Source: Pseudomonadales bacterium (GTDB taxonomy: Bacteria > Pseudomonadota > Gammaproteobacteria > Pseudomonadales > JBFGWM01). From it: a stretch of 41,871 nucleotides of DNA. The stretch is from positions 1-41,871 of the forward strand of contig JBFJWR010000001.1 of assembly GCA_041623535.1 (NCBI GenBank), in the 5' to 3' direction. Shown one piece after another: positions 1 through 9,213 of the stretch. A model generated the notes under the pieces. That model saw only the letters and a list, made by a program, of their open reading frames with translations. It was not told the origin of the DNA and ran no database searches. Position numbers and translations under genes: made by a program. The stretch's first letter is position 1. Each line of letters opens with the position of its first letter.

Positions 1-1749
1 CAGCGCGGTTACCGGCTGCAGCAGGGCGCGGCACCGCTGAAGGAAAACCTGGCGGCTGCCATCCTGTTGCGCGCGGACTGGCCGCAGCAGGCCGCCGCCG
101 GGCAGGCGCTGGTGGATCCCATGTGTGGGGTTGGCACGTTGCTGGTGGAAGCCGGCCTGATGGCCGCCGATGTGGCGCCCAACCTGCGGCGTACACACTG
201 GGGTTTCTCCAACTGGCTCGGACACGTGCCGGTGACCTGGCAACGCTTGCTGGACGAGGCGCAGGTGCGCGCCGATGCCGGACTTGCGCGACCACCGTTG
301 TGGATACGCGGCTACGAGGCCGATCCGCGCCTCATGCAGCCGGCACGCAACAATATTGAACGCGCCGGGCTTGCACACTGGATCAAGGTTTACCAGGGCG
401 AACTGGCATCTTTTGCGCCGCATCCCGACCAGGGACAGACCGGCCTGGTGGTGACCAACCCTCCCTACGGTCAGCGCCTGGGTGATGAAGCGAGCCTGGT
501 GTACCTCTATCAGCATCTGGGTGAACGACTGCGCCAGCAGTGTTGTGGCTGGCAGGCTGCCGTATTCACCGGCACGCCCGAACTGGGCAAGCGCATGGGC
601 CTGCGCACGCGCAAGCAGTATGCCTTCTGGAATGGCGCGTTGCCGTGTCGGCTGTTGCTGTTTGATGTCTGCGAGGAATCGTTTGTTGCGGCGTTGCGTG
701 GTCAGGGCGATCGCGAGAACCCGGCTGCCCCGCCGGAGAATCAGAATATCAGTGCCCCGAAACCGGTAGCGGAATCCCGCAGCGGAACCGGCGACGTGCC
801 GCCACTGAGTGCCGGTGCCGGCATGTTTGCCAACCGCCTCGAAAAGAACCTCAAGCGCCTTCGCAAGTGGGTGCAGCGCGAAGCGATACAGTGCTACCGG
901 GTCTACGACGCAGACATGCCCGAGTACGCGGTGGCGATTGACCTCTATCGGGACTGGGTGCATGTGCAGGAATATGCACCGCCCAAAACCGTGGACGAGA
1001 GTCGCGCGCGGGAACGCCTGCACGAAGTCCTGAGCGCCCTGCCATCCGTGCTGGGCGTGGCGCCGGACCGCGTCGTGATGAAGAAACGCCAGCGCCAGAC
1101 CGGCCTCGCGCAGTACGAACGGCAGGCTGAGCAACGCGAGTTCCTGCAGGTCGAGGAGGGACGCGCGCGACTGCTGGTCAACCTGCGGGATTACCTGGAT
1201 ACCGGCCTGTTCCTCGATCACCGGCCACTGCGCCTGCGCATCGGCAGGGAGGCCGCCGGCAAGCGTTTTCTCAACCTGTTCTGTTATACCGGCACGGCCA
1301 CCGTGCACGCGGCGCTGGGTGGCGCCCGTGATACCACCAGTGTGGACATGTCGCGCACCTACCTCGACTGGGCCAGTCGCAACCTGGCGCTCAATGGTTT
1401 CTCGGAGAAACACCGGCTGGTGCAGGGCGATGTGCTGGAGTGGTTGCCGGATGATGACGAGCGGTTTGACCTGATCCTGCTGGATCCGCCGACGTTCTCA
1501 AATTCCAAGCGCATGAGCGACGTCTTTGATGTGCAGAAAGATCATGCACACCTCGTGCGCCTGACCATGGCGCGCCTGGAGTCAGGCGGTGTGCTGTATT
1601 TCTCGAACAACTTCCGCAAATTCAAACTGGATGCCGTGCTGGAAACGGAATTCTCGGTGCAGGACATCAGCGCGCAGACGCTGGATCCGGACTTTCAGCG
1701 CCGGCCGGGTATCCACCACGCATGGCGTATCACCCATGCAGGCGCTTGA
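1..1749 (+). CDS. rlmL: 23S rRNA (guanine2445-N2 / guanine2069-N7) methyltransferase RlmL/RlmKL; 5' end lies outside the window
   Basis: The frame is open from nt 1 (QRGYRLQQGAAPLKENLAAAILL...), so the track start at 67 (TTG) is internal. It has two SAM-methyltransferase modules: VTNPPYGQRLG (NPPY class) and a C-terminal LNLFCYTGTATV ... LLDPPTFSNSK. The linker and overall length fit the fused RlmL/RlmK architecture. Confidence 0.85.
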   Translation, partial: QRGYRLQQGAAPLKENLAAAILLRADWPQQAAAGQALVDPMCGVGTLLVEAGLMAADVAPNLRRTHWGFSNWLGHVPVTWQRLLDEAQVRADAGLARPPLWIRGYEADPRLMQPARNNIERAGLAHWIKVYQGELASFAPHPDQGQTGLVVTNPPYGQRLGDEASLVYLYQHLGERLRQQCCGWQAAVFTGTPELGKRMGLRTRKQYAFWNGALPCRLLLFDVCEESFVAALRGQGDRENPAAPPENQNISAPKPVAESRSGTGDVPPLSAGAGMFANRLEKNLKRLRKWVQREAIQCYRVYDADMPEYAVAIDLYRDWVHVQEYAPPKTVDESRARERLHEVLSALPSVLGVAPDRVVMKKRQRQTGLAQYERQAEQREFLQVEEGRARLLVNLRDYLDTGLFLDHRPLRLRIGREAAGKRFLNLFCYTGTATVHAALGGARDTTSVDMSRTYLDWASRNLALNGFSEKHRLVQGDVLEWLPDDDERFDLILLDPPTFSNSKRMSDVFDVQKDHAHLVRLTMARLESGGVLYFSNNFRKFKLDAVLETEFSVQDISAQTLDPDFQRRPGIHHAWRITHAGA

Positions 1750-3769
1750 GCGGTTGCACTGATTCCATCTCGGCACACACCCGGTCCCGACCCTGGTTCT
1801 TGGCACGATACAGCATTTCATCCGCACGCAGCATGCAGGCTTCCAGTGTTTCTCCGGGCAGGTGACGGGTTACCCCGATACTGCAGGTGATGCTGATGCT
1901 TTCACCGCCCGTAATCGGCATGGATTGCGCGGCAATGGCTGTGCGTACTCGCTCCGCGAGCTTGCGCGCCTGCAACAGCGAGGTTTCCGGTAGCAGCACC
2001 AGGAATTCCTCACCACCGACACGCGCGCACACATCGCTTTCGCGTAGCACTTCGCGCAGTTCTTCTGCAAAGCGGACCAGCACCTGGTCGCCGGCAGCGT
2101 GTCCATGGCGGTCGTTCACGCGCTTGAAGAAATCCAGGTCCAGCATCATCAGGCTGGTGGGCAGCGTGGTGCGGTCGGCGCGCTTCAGTTCGGAATTAGC
2201 CTGCTCCAGGAAACTCGGCCGGTTGTGCAGGCCGGTGAGTTCATCGCGGTGCGCACGTCGTTCCAGTTCCACCAGCAGGCGTTCCACCTCGAGTTCGGCA
2301 CGCTTGCGCGCCTGGATGTCCTGTACGCAGCCGGTCAGGCGTATGACTTTCTGACTGGCGTCGTCGCGTATCACCTGGCCGCGCGTGGCGTACCAGTTCC
2401 AGTCTCCCTTGCGATTGCGCAGGCGGTATTCGATCTCGAAGCGGCTGCCAAAGCGCACCTGTTGCTGGAAGGCGGCCGCGCTGGCATTGGCGTCATCCGG
2501 GTGCATGGCCGCCAGGAAGTCCGCCAGGGTGCCGGGGAATTCGCTGCGCCGCAGCCCCTGGATTACGAGGAAGGATTCCGATATCCAGGTCCGCAGTCCT
2601 TCCTTGTCGTTCCACTCCCAGACGCCGTCGAGGCTGCTTTCCACGGCCTCGTGGAAGCGCGCTTCGGCCGCTTTCAGGGCTGACTCCGCCTGGTCACGAC
2701 GCCGGTGTTCCTGGTTCAGCACGCGGTAGAGTTTCTCCAGTTCGCCGGTGTGTTCCTTGAGCACTTCCTCCAGCACGTGGTGGGTGGCGAGTATGTCGTA
2801 GGCCATGCGTTCGGACTGTGAGTGTCCGTCAGCGCCGACTGCGGGTGCGGCATCGTCGGCGACGATCTCGTTGCTGGTTTCAGTCCGCATGTGCCGCAGC
2901 AGGCGTATGCCGTGCAGGTATGGCCACAGCGCGTGCAGGGTCATCAGCAACAGTGCCAGCGCCAGCGCAATCATGCCGGCCAGGTTGCCGAGCGCCTGGT
3001 GGCGCAGCAGGATCTGTTGCGCAGCTTGCCTGGGCACCGCGACTTCGACGCGCAACGGAAAATGCTGCGAATGCATCACGGCCGACAGTTCGCCGGCTTC
3101 CCAGTTAGCCGCACTGCCGGTTTTTCTGCGCACCAGGCGATTCGTGCCGCTTTCACTGTCCAGTGACAATTGGGTACGCAGGGCGGTGGTCGCAGCCAAT
3201 TGCGCATCGGGCAACAGCTTGGCCAGCGCCGTGCTGGCGAACGAATAATCAAGATGGCCCAGATTTGTGCGGCCCTGTTGCCACGGGATGCGCAGCGTCA
3301 GTTGCTTGTTGTGATAGCGGAGCAGGGCGCTGGGCAGGATGTCAGGCGACAGTTCGGTACTGACTGGTTCTTCCGGGCTGCCTATACGACTCACTTCCGA
3401 GGACGCCACCACGTTCCCGGTGCGATCCCGAAAATCGATGCGACCGGCCCAGGGCATTTCCGCTGCCAGTTTGCCGAAGGCCTGGTTCAGGCGCAGTTGC
3501 GCATGGTAATCACCGTTCCGGTCGAACTGCTGTATGGCGCGAATTGCGGCGGGGTCGGCACTGTGCCGATGGAGTACTGTCAGTGCGCTGGACAACTGGG
3601 TTTCCAGTTGCTTCAGACTGGTGTCGGCCAGTTGTTCTGCGGCGCCACGAGAGTCGGTTTCCGCCTGCGCGGCCGCCCACTGTCCGTAGAACCCGCCGGC
3701 CCCCCACGCCAGGGCTCCGAACATCAGGCTGATGACTGACCAACGTGCCAGGTTATTTCTGTTTGCCAC
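1730..3769 (-). CDS. Membrane sensor diguanylate cyclase (periplasmic sensor region, PAS, GGDEF)
   Basis: A GTG start at 3769 lies 8 nt after GGGAG. There is an N-terminal TM helix and a second TM segment (LAGMIALALALLLMTL). A PAS-like segment follows (DGVWEWNDKEG...IEYRLRNRKGDWNWY). The GGDEF domain carries RVGGEEFLVLL and an RxxD I-site (RESD) 5 aa upstream. Confidence 0.85.
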   Translation of the reverse strand: MANRNNLARWSVISLMFGALAWGAGGFYGQWAAAQAETDSRGAAEQLADTSLKQLETQLSSALTVLHRHSADPAAIRAIQQFDRNGDYHAQLRLNQAFGKLAAEMPWAGRIDFRDRTGNVVASSEVSRIGSPEEPVSTELSPDILPSALLRYHNKQLTLRIPWQQGRTNLGHLDYSFASTALAKLLPDAQLAATTALRTQLSLDSESGTNRLVRRKTGSAANWEAGELSAVMHSQHFPLRVEVAVPRQAAQQILLRHQALGNLAGMIALALALLLMTLHALWPYLHGIRLLRHMRTETSNEIVADDAAPAVGADGHSQSERMAYDILATHHVLEEVLKEHTGELEKLYRVLNQEHRRRDQAESALKAAEARFHEAVESSLDGVWEWNDKEGLRTWISESFLVIQGLRRSEFPGTLADFLAAMHPDDANASAAAFQQQVRFGSRFEIEYRLRNRKGDWNWYATRGQVIRDDASQKVIRLTGCVQDIQARKRAELEVERLLVELERRAHRDELTGLHNRPSFLEQANSELKRADRTTLPTSLMMLDLDFFKRVNDRHGHAAGDQVLVRFAEELREVLRESDVCARVGGEEFLVLLPETSLLQARKLAERVRTAIAAQSMPITGGESISITCSIGVTRHLPGETLEACMLRADEMLYRAKNQGRDRVCAEMESVQPLKRLHG

Positions 3770-3835
3770 TGTAGTAACTCCCGCAATCCATCCGGATCTG
3801 ATGGCGGAAGACTACTGTGAGCAGGGTGAACGAAC

Positions 3836-3851
3836 TGTGAACAGGGTCACA
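3836..3851. promoter_or_regulatory. CRP/Vfr-type operator TGTGA-N6-TCACA (both half-sites perfect) upstream of the diguanylate cyclase gene
   Basis: The sequence tgtgaacagggtcaca is read directly from the window. Its centre lies about 74 nt upstream of the GTG start at 3769. A degenerate copy (tgtgagcagggtgaac, 3816-3831) sits exactly 20 nt away. Confidence 0.45.
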
Positions 3852-3911
3852 AAACGTGAGACTTGGATCAGGAGTTGCCGTGCCAGGCGCCAGAAATGCT
3901 GAATTCGGGGA

Positions 3912-5087
3912 TTATTTGGCCAGTCCGTCCAGTCTCACCAGTTTGCCGTCGGCTGCATCGGTGAGCAGGTAAATGGTGCCGTCCGGCCCCTGTCTCACGT
4001 CGCGGATCCGGCCCAGTTCTCCGCCCAGGTAGCGGGTTTCGGCAGTCACCCGGGGGCCATCCATGTGCAGGCGCACGAGTTGCTGAAACTTCAGTGCACC
4101 CACCAGCAGGTCGCCATTCCAGCCTGCAAACCGCTGGCCCTGGTAGAAACTCATGCCGGATGGCGCAATCGATGGAACCCAGTAATGCACCGGTTGCTCC
4201 ATGCCGGCCTTGTGCGTGCCTTCGCCAATCCGGGTGCCGGTTCCGTAGTTCACCCCGTAGGTGATCACCGGCCAGCCGTAGTTGCGGCCGGCTGCCACCC
4301 GGTTGAGTTCATCCCCGCCCTGCGGGCCGTGTTCATGCAGCCAGATTTCGCCGGTTTCCGGGTGCCGGGTCATGCCCTGCGGGTTGCGATGGCCATAACT
4401 GAAAATCTCCGGTAACAGCGCCGGGTTGCGGTGGTAGGGATTATCAGCGGGGATGCTGCCGTCATCGTGCAGCCGGATTACGGAACCGGCATGATCGCGG
4501 GGGTCCTGCGCACGATCCATCTCGCCGCGGTCGCCGATGGTGAAATACAGGTAGCCCTCCCGGTCGAACACCAGTCGCGAACCGAAGTGCTGGCCGCGAC
4601 CGGTCAGGCGCTGCATGGCGAAGAGAATCTGCAGGTCGACCAGTCCGTGCCCCTGCAGGCGGGCCCGGGCCACATGGGTGCCGGCCTGCCAGCGGGAGCC
4701 GCCGGCGTAGGTGAAGTAGATCCAGCCATTCTGTTCGTACCCGGGATGCAGGATGATATCCAGCAGGCCGCCCTGACCCATCTCGATAATATCGGGCAGG
4801 CCACTGATGGGCGCCGGGTCCAGTTTTCCCTTGCGTATCATGCGCAGGCGGCCGGGTCGTTCCGTCACCAGTATGTTGCCGTCCGGCAGCAGGGCCATGC
4901 CCCAGGGATGTTCCAGTTCATTGGTGATGATCTCGTACCGGAAGCGCTGGTCGCTTTCGGTCACGGCCGGGATACCCGTTCCAGAATCTGCGAGCACTGT
5001 CACCACGCCGGGAGGACGTGTTGCAAAATAGAGTGCAAGAACCCCCAGCACCAGGCCGGCGAGGAGCAGGCTGCGGCGCAGGGTCAT
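3912..5087 (-). CDS. PQQ-dependent soluble sugar (aldose/sorbosone) dehydrogenase, YliI-like beta-propeller
   Basis: It carries HRNPQGMTRHPETGEIWLHEHGPQGGDELNRVAAGRNYGWP and GGELGRIRDVRQGPDGTIYLLTD, typical of the glucose/sorbosone dehydrogenase family. I prefer the ATG at 5087 (MTLRRSLLLAGLVLGVLALYFA, signal or anchor) over the TTG at 5153. Confidence 0.8.
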   Translation of the reverse strand: MTLRRSLLLAGLVLGVLALYFATRPPGVVTVLADSGTGIPAVTESDQRFRYEIITNELEHPWGMALLPDGNILVTERPGRLRMIRKGKLDPAPISGLPDIIEMGQGGLLDIILHPGYEQNGWIYFTYAGGSRWQAGTHVARARLQGHGLVDLQILFAMQRLTGRGQHFGSRLVFDREGYLYFTIGDRGEMDRAQDPRDHAGSVIRLHDDGSIPADNPYHRNPALLPEIFSYGHRNPQGMTRHPETGEIWLHEHGPQGGDELNRVAAGRNYGWPVITYGVNYGTGTRIGEGTHKAGMEQPVHYWVPSIAPSGMSFYQGQRFAGWNGDLLVGALKFQQLVRLHMDGPRVTAETRYLGGELGRIRDVRQGPDGTIYLLTDAADGKLVRLDGLAK

Positions 5088-5241
5088 GCCCGGCACCCGG
5101 GATGTCTCGTTGGTCGATGAATCACCTGGTCTCTCTTCCGGCCCGTTTATCAAGGTGCTGGCAATCGTCGGCTTACCGTCGCGAAGCGATCACCTATACT
5201 GCCTTGGATCATTGTGTTGCGATTGTTCTGTACGAATCAAT

Positions 5242-5772
5242 ATGCCATTAGTGGATGCTGAAAAACTGAACATGGCCATCGACGGTCTGCTTGCTGATCT
5301 GCCGGAGCAGGTGGGCCGCGAGTGGTTCCAGGCGGCTGTGTCCGGACTGGCAACCGTGGTGGGTGCGGATCTTGCCATGGTCGGGCGGCTGGTCGACGAC
5401 CGTTCCGCCGTGCAGACCCTGGCCTTTTGCGAGAACCGGAAAATCCAACCCAATTTCACCTACGAACTGGCCGGCACGCCGTGTGCAGAGGTGGTGGAGG
5501 GCAGCCCCTGTCTGTACGCGGATGGTGTGGCGGACGAGTTTCCCGAAGACACCATGCTGCGCGAGATGTCCATTGCCGGATATGTCGGGATGCCGATCGT
5601 CTCCGCTCAGCAGGAAGTGCTGGGAATCATAAATGCACTGTTTCGCACGCCCATAAAGAATCCGGATAGCACACTGGCCGCGTTTGAGCGCTTTACTTCA
5701 AAAATCTCGTCGGTGATCAGTGCCGAGCTTGCAACTGGCTGGGTCGACACCCCAACCCGGAAGGGTCTGTAG
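5242..5772 (+). CDS. Stand-alone GAF-domain protein
   Basis: I take the ATG at 5242 (MPLVDAEK...); the track's 5' extension overlaps the divergent dehydrogenase gene. The protein shows a GAF-like pattern (ADLAMVGRL...AGTPCAEVVEGSP...MLREMSIAGYVGMPIVSAQQEVLGIINAL). Confidence 0.6.
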   Translation: MPLVDAEKLNMAIDGLLADLPEQVGREWFQAAVSGLATVVGADLAMVGRLVDDRSAVQTLAFCENRKIQPNFTYELAGTPCAEVVEGSPCLYADGVADEFPEDTMLREMSIAGYVGMPIVSAQQEVLGIINALFRTPIKNPDSTLAAFERFTSKISSVISAELATGWVDTPTRKGL

Positions 5773-5786
5773 CGGGCGATTCGTGC

Positions 5787-7190
5787 TCAGGCGCTTTTTC
5801 TTTGTTTTTTCTGTAAGTACATGTTTTCGTCTGCCTGCTTGGTTGCGTCGACCAGGGACCTGGCGGCTGTGCGCGAGGAGACACCCAGCGAGGCAGCAAC
5901 GCCGGATGACGCCAGCGCGGCTTCAAGCCGGTCCAGGAGTTGCTGCGCAGAGTCTTCCGCGGTTTCAACCGCCAGAACTGCAAACTCATCCCCCCCAAGG
6001 CGCGCGGCGATATCCTCGCTGCGGATCGTTTCAGCAAGTGCTTGCGCTGCTTTCTGAATCAAGGCGTCCCCTGCATCGTGCCCCTGTTCGTCATTCACCT
6101 TTTTCAGGCCGTCCAGGTCGATGACGATGACCGCACTGGGGTGTCCGTAGCGTTTGCACCGACCTTCTTCGGCCTGCAGCAGCAGATCCCAGCCACGCCG
6201 GTTGTACAGGCCGGTGGGGCCATCCGTCATGGAGTCGAATTCTGCCCGCTTCTTCTCGCGCAGCAGGGTTTCGGCGAGCAGTTCGTTTTCCAGGATGGTG
6301 GCGAGGAAGCGGCATTCCTCCATCAGTTCCGGCAGGTCGCGCGAAATGTTCTTATCCAGTGGTTGCGGATCGATGGCACACAATGTTCCAAACAATTCGC
6401 CACTGCCGCGGCAGATCGGAATGCCGAGATAGGAGGTGATAGGCAACTGGTCGGCGACGTTGGAGTCCCGGTATAAAGGCACTTCATCCTTGTTGTTGGT
6501 GAACATCGGACCATGGTCCTCGACCATCAATGCGCAGAAAGAGTCACTCCACCTGAGCAGATCGCCGGCCTTGATGCCGTAGTCACGGTCGGCGGCCTGT
6601 AACACCAGCCAGTCTTTGCCCTGGCGGCGGGTCATCATGACCAGGCCGAATCCGTGCTTGCGTTGCAGGCGCTCGATCAGGCCCTGGGATGCTTCGGCAA
6701 ACCCGCCATAGGGGGTCACCGGGCGGGAGAATTTTTGCGCAGCCGAAGGCGGGGCGACGTCGGTACGCTTCTGCGTTACTTCGATGAGAATACTGGCCAG
6801 CAGTGGTGGCGTGATGGCTTCCTTGTGGAGGAAATGGATGGCTCCACTGGAGATCAGGTTCTGGGTTTCCGCATGCAGGAGCTCGGGAGCCGCGCCGGAA
6901 ACAAGGATTTTCGGGATATCGTTGCCGGCAAGAACCAGGTGGTTGAGGAAGTTGCTGCCGGTCACGTACTTGTCAGTGGGCGGCATGCGGTTGTCCACGA
7001 TCAGTACGTCTGGTGCATGACCAGACGTAGCGGAAAGGATGGACTCTGCCGCCGCAGTGCCGTTACAGGCTGTCAGTCGCACCTGCACATTATCCAGATC
7101 GCCCAGGTAATCACGCATGATGGCCTGATCATCCTGATCGTCTTCTATGTACAGCGCATGGATCTCATTCACCGGGTAATAATAACCCAC
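5787..7190 (-). CDS. Response-regulator diguanylate cyclase (REC-GAF-GGDEF)
   Basis: The REC domain shows ALYIEDDQDD...LIVDNRMP. The central GAF-like region shows ITSYLGIPICRGSGELFGTLCAIDP. The GGDEF domain carries ARLGGDEFAVL with the RSED I-site 5 aa upstream. The start is GTG at 7190. Confidence 0.85.
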   Translation of the reverse strand: MGYYYPVNEIHALYIEDDQDDQAIMRDYLGDLDNVQVRLTACNGTAAAESILSATSGHAPDVLIVDNRMPPTDKYVTGSNFLNHLVLAGNDIPKILVSGAAPELLHAETQNLISSGAIHFLHKEAITPPLLASILIEVTQKRTDVAPPSAAQKFSRPVTPYGGFAEASQGLIERLQRKHGFGLVMMTRRQGKDWLVLQAADRDYGIKAGDLLRWSDSFCALMVEDHGPMFTNNKDEVPLYRDSNVADQLPITSYLGIPICRGSGELFGTLCAIDPQPLDKNISRDLPELMEECRFLATILENELLAETLLREKKRAEFDSMTDGPTGLYNRRGWDLLLQAEEGRCKRYGHPSAVIVIDLDGLKKVNDEQGHDAGDALIQKAAQALAETIRSEDIAARLGGDEFAVLAVETAEDSAQQLLDRLEAALASSGVAASLGVSSRTAARSLVDATKQADENMYLQKKQRKSA

Positions 7191-7244
7191 CGGCGCAGAA
7201 TGCGCTGTGGATAATACGGGGTCGCGAAGGGCGGCAGCCTGGGT

Positions 7245-8066
7245 TCAGGAGGCTTTCCAGTTCCCGGCCTGTTCCAGGCTGTGTACCAGGTTTTCGGTGT
7301 TGATCTGGTGCTTGGACAGCAAGCTCAGGTTTTGCAGTTGCAGCGCGTCCCTGGCGTCTTCATCCAGATCGGTATCGTTGTGGCCGGTGACCAGCAACAT
7401 GGGCTTATCCACATTGCGCCGCTTGAGTTCCTGCACGAATTCAATGCCGGATGCATTGCCGATGTGATAGTCGATCAGGAAGCCGTCATAGGAGCACTCA
7501 TCCAGTCGCTGCATGGCCTGGTCCAGGGAACTCGCCCAGTCCACCTGGAAGCGGTAACTGGAACTCATCTGCAGCAGGGTGCGGGCAAGTTCGAAATCTT
7601 CCGAGTCGTCATCAAGAACCAGCAGGCGCATTCTGCGGCGCAGCACGGCGCGTATTGTCTGGTGCAGTATTGCCTGGGTCAGGTCACGTTTCTTCAGGAA
7701 TACGATCTTGCCGGTGCTGATGTCCTCCAGTGCCCCGGTGTCGAGGTCGATGGATTCCCGTCCGGTGATCAGGATGGCCGGTGCCCCGGCATGTTCCTCC
7801 TGAATCTGTTTCAGGAAATCGCCGCCGGTCGCATCCCCCTCAAGATGGTAGTCAACGATAAACAGGTCGTATTCTCCGACCGCGGAGTAAGCACGCGCAA
7901 GGGCCGCAGACTTGGCGCGCTCCACGAAATACATGTCTTCGGTATCACGCGAGATCGACTGCATCAGATGCTTCAGGGTGTTGAAGTCATCCTCGTCATC
8001 TTCGACACAAAGAACCTTGATTATTACCATGGCCGTCAATCTGCTTTGCGGAATGTTGAAACTCAT
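7245..8066 (-). CDS. Tandem-receiver response regulator (REC-REC, no output domain)
   Basis: Two CheY-like modules are present: VLCVEDDEDDF...LFIVDYHL...ILITG and LLVLDDDSEDF...FLIDYHIG...LLVTG. An alternative ATG at 8030 is possible. Confidence 0.75.
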   Translation of the reverse strand: MSFNIPQSRLTAMVIIKVLCVEDDEDDFNTLKHLMQSISRDTEDMYFVERAKSAALARAYSAVGEYDLFIVDYHLEGDATGGDFLKQIQEEHAGAPAILITGRESIDLDTGALEDISTGKIVFLKKRDLTQAILHQTIRAVLRRRMRLLVLDDDSEDFELARTLLQMSSSYRFQVDWASSLDQAMQRLDECSYDGFLIDYHIGNASGIEFVQELKRRNVDKPMLLVTGHNDTDLDEDARDALQLQNLSLLSKHQINTENLVHSLEQAGNWKAS

Positions 8067-8316
8067 TATTCATTCAGCTTAATTGAGATTGCCCCGATCG
8101 AAAGTCGGGTGTGTCCAGCCTCCACCTGCCGGTGGCCTGAGAATGGCAATTTGCACCAGGCCTGCTCTGCGGTTTGCCCGGACAACTGAATTTGGAGTTC
8201 AGGGTGCAACGCGGGTCGCACGAAGCCGTGAAACGCGCTTCCTGTCCCGCCCCCGCGTGGTAACTATAATTTTTGCCAGACATCCAGAATGCGACTGCAA
8301 AGGAAACCCGTCAGGC

Positions 8317-9150
8317 ATGAACCGGCAGACAGCTCCGCGCATCTACTGTATTCCGGCACTGGATGCACCGGTGGTGGCCGTGTTCCGGCGTGGTCCGAGT
8401 GACTGGTGTCACGTCGGGCGCTGGGATCTGGAACGCAAGGTTTATGAGCCGGGCGCCTGGCTGCGGGCACGTCTTTTTCCGCGTCGTTCTGATGTGTCCC
8501 CCGACGGAAAATACCTCTGCTATTTCGCCCATGACCCGACCGCGACCTGGGAGCATGGCGACGCGTATGTCGCGGTATCCCGATTGCCATGGCTGACCGC
8601 GCTATATGCGGTTGGCACCTGTGGGACGTGGACACGTGGTTATTACCTGGATGCGGACAAGCGTGGCGGGGCGATCGGCATCGATGAGCTGCCGGTGCGT
8701 TTTCCTTACGGGCTGCATAGCTACCCGAGTATCCAGTTTGCCTGCGAACGACGTCGTGGCTGGGAGGAAACCGCCGATTGCGCGCCCAGGCAGCCGAAAG
8801 ACATGTGGGACCTGAATCGCAATGCGCGCCTGCAGAAACGCCAGCCGGGCGGGAAGGCCATGCTGTACGTGGAAAGCGTGGGTGTGCCCGGCGGTGCGTT
8901 TGAATCCGGGCAGGCGGTGGATGGCATGCACGTGCGTTACAGCATCGGCAGGAAGGATGACATCTTCCCGCTGGATGACCTGCAGTGGGCGGACTGGGAC
9001 CGGCAGGGGCGGCTGCTCGTGGCAACGCGCTGCGGGAAACTGCAGGTACGTATGCCCGAAGCGGAACCGGCAGAAATACTGTTCGAGGCCGACCTGGCCC
9101 CGCTACAGCCGGATCCTGCGCCCGCGCCGGAGGAAGCGCGACGCTGGTAG
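8317..9150 (+). CDS. Hypothetical protein (277 aa), no recognised family
   Basis: The ATG at 8317 lies 47 nt downstream of a perfect TATAAT (8265-8270). Its composition looks like a real protein, unlike the Arg/Pro-rich antisense ORF 8264-9223. A SPDGKYL motif recalls PD40/TolB-type propeller blades, but nothing more can be read from it. Confidence 0.5.
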   Translation: MNRQTAPRIYCIPALDAPVVAVFRRGPSDWCHVGRWDLERKVYEPGAWLRARLFPRRSDVSPDGKYLCYFAHDPTATWEHGDAYVAVSRLPWLTALYAVGTCGTWTRGYYLDADKRGGAIGIDELPVRFPYGLHSYPSIQFACERRRGWEETADCAPRQPKDMWDLNRNARLQKRQPGGKAMLYVESVGVPGGAFESGQAVDGMHVRYSIGRKDDIFPLDDLQWADWDRQGRLLVATRCGKLQVRMPEAEPAEILFEADLAPLQPDPAPAPEEARRW

Positions 9151-9213
9151 AATCAGGACGAACCGTATGACCGGCATCGCGCCGGCGACTGACAGCGCGA
9201 GGACAGGGACCGA

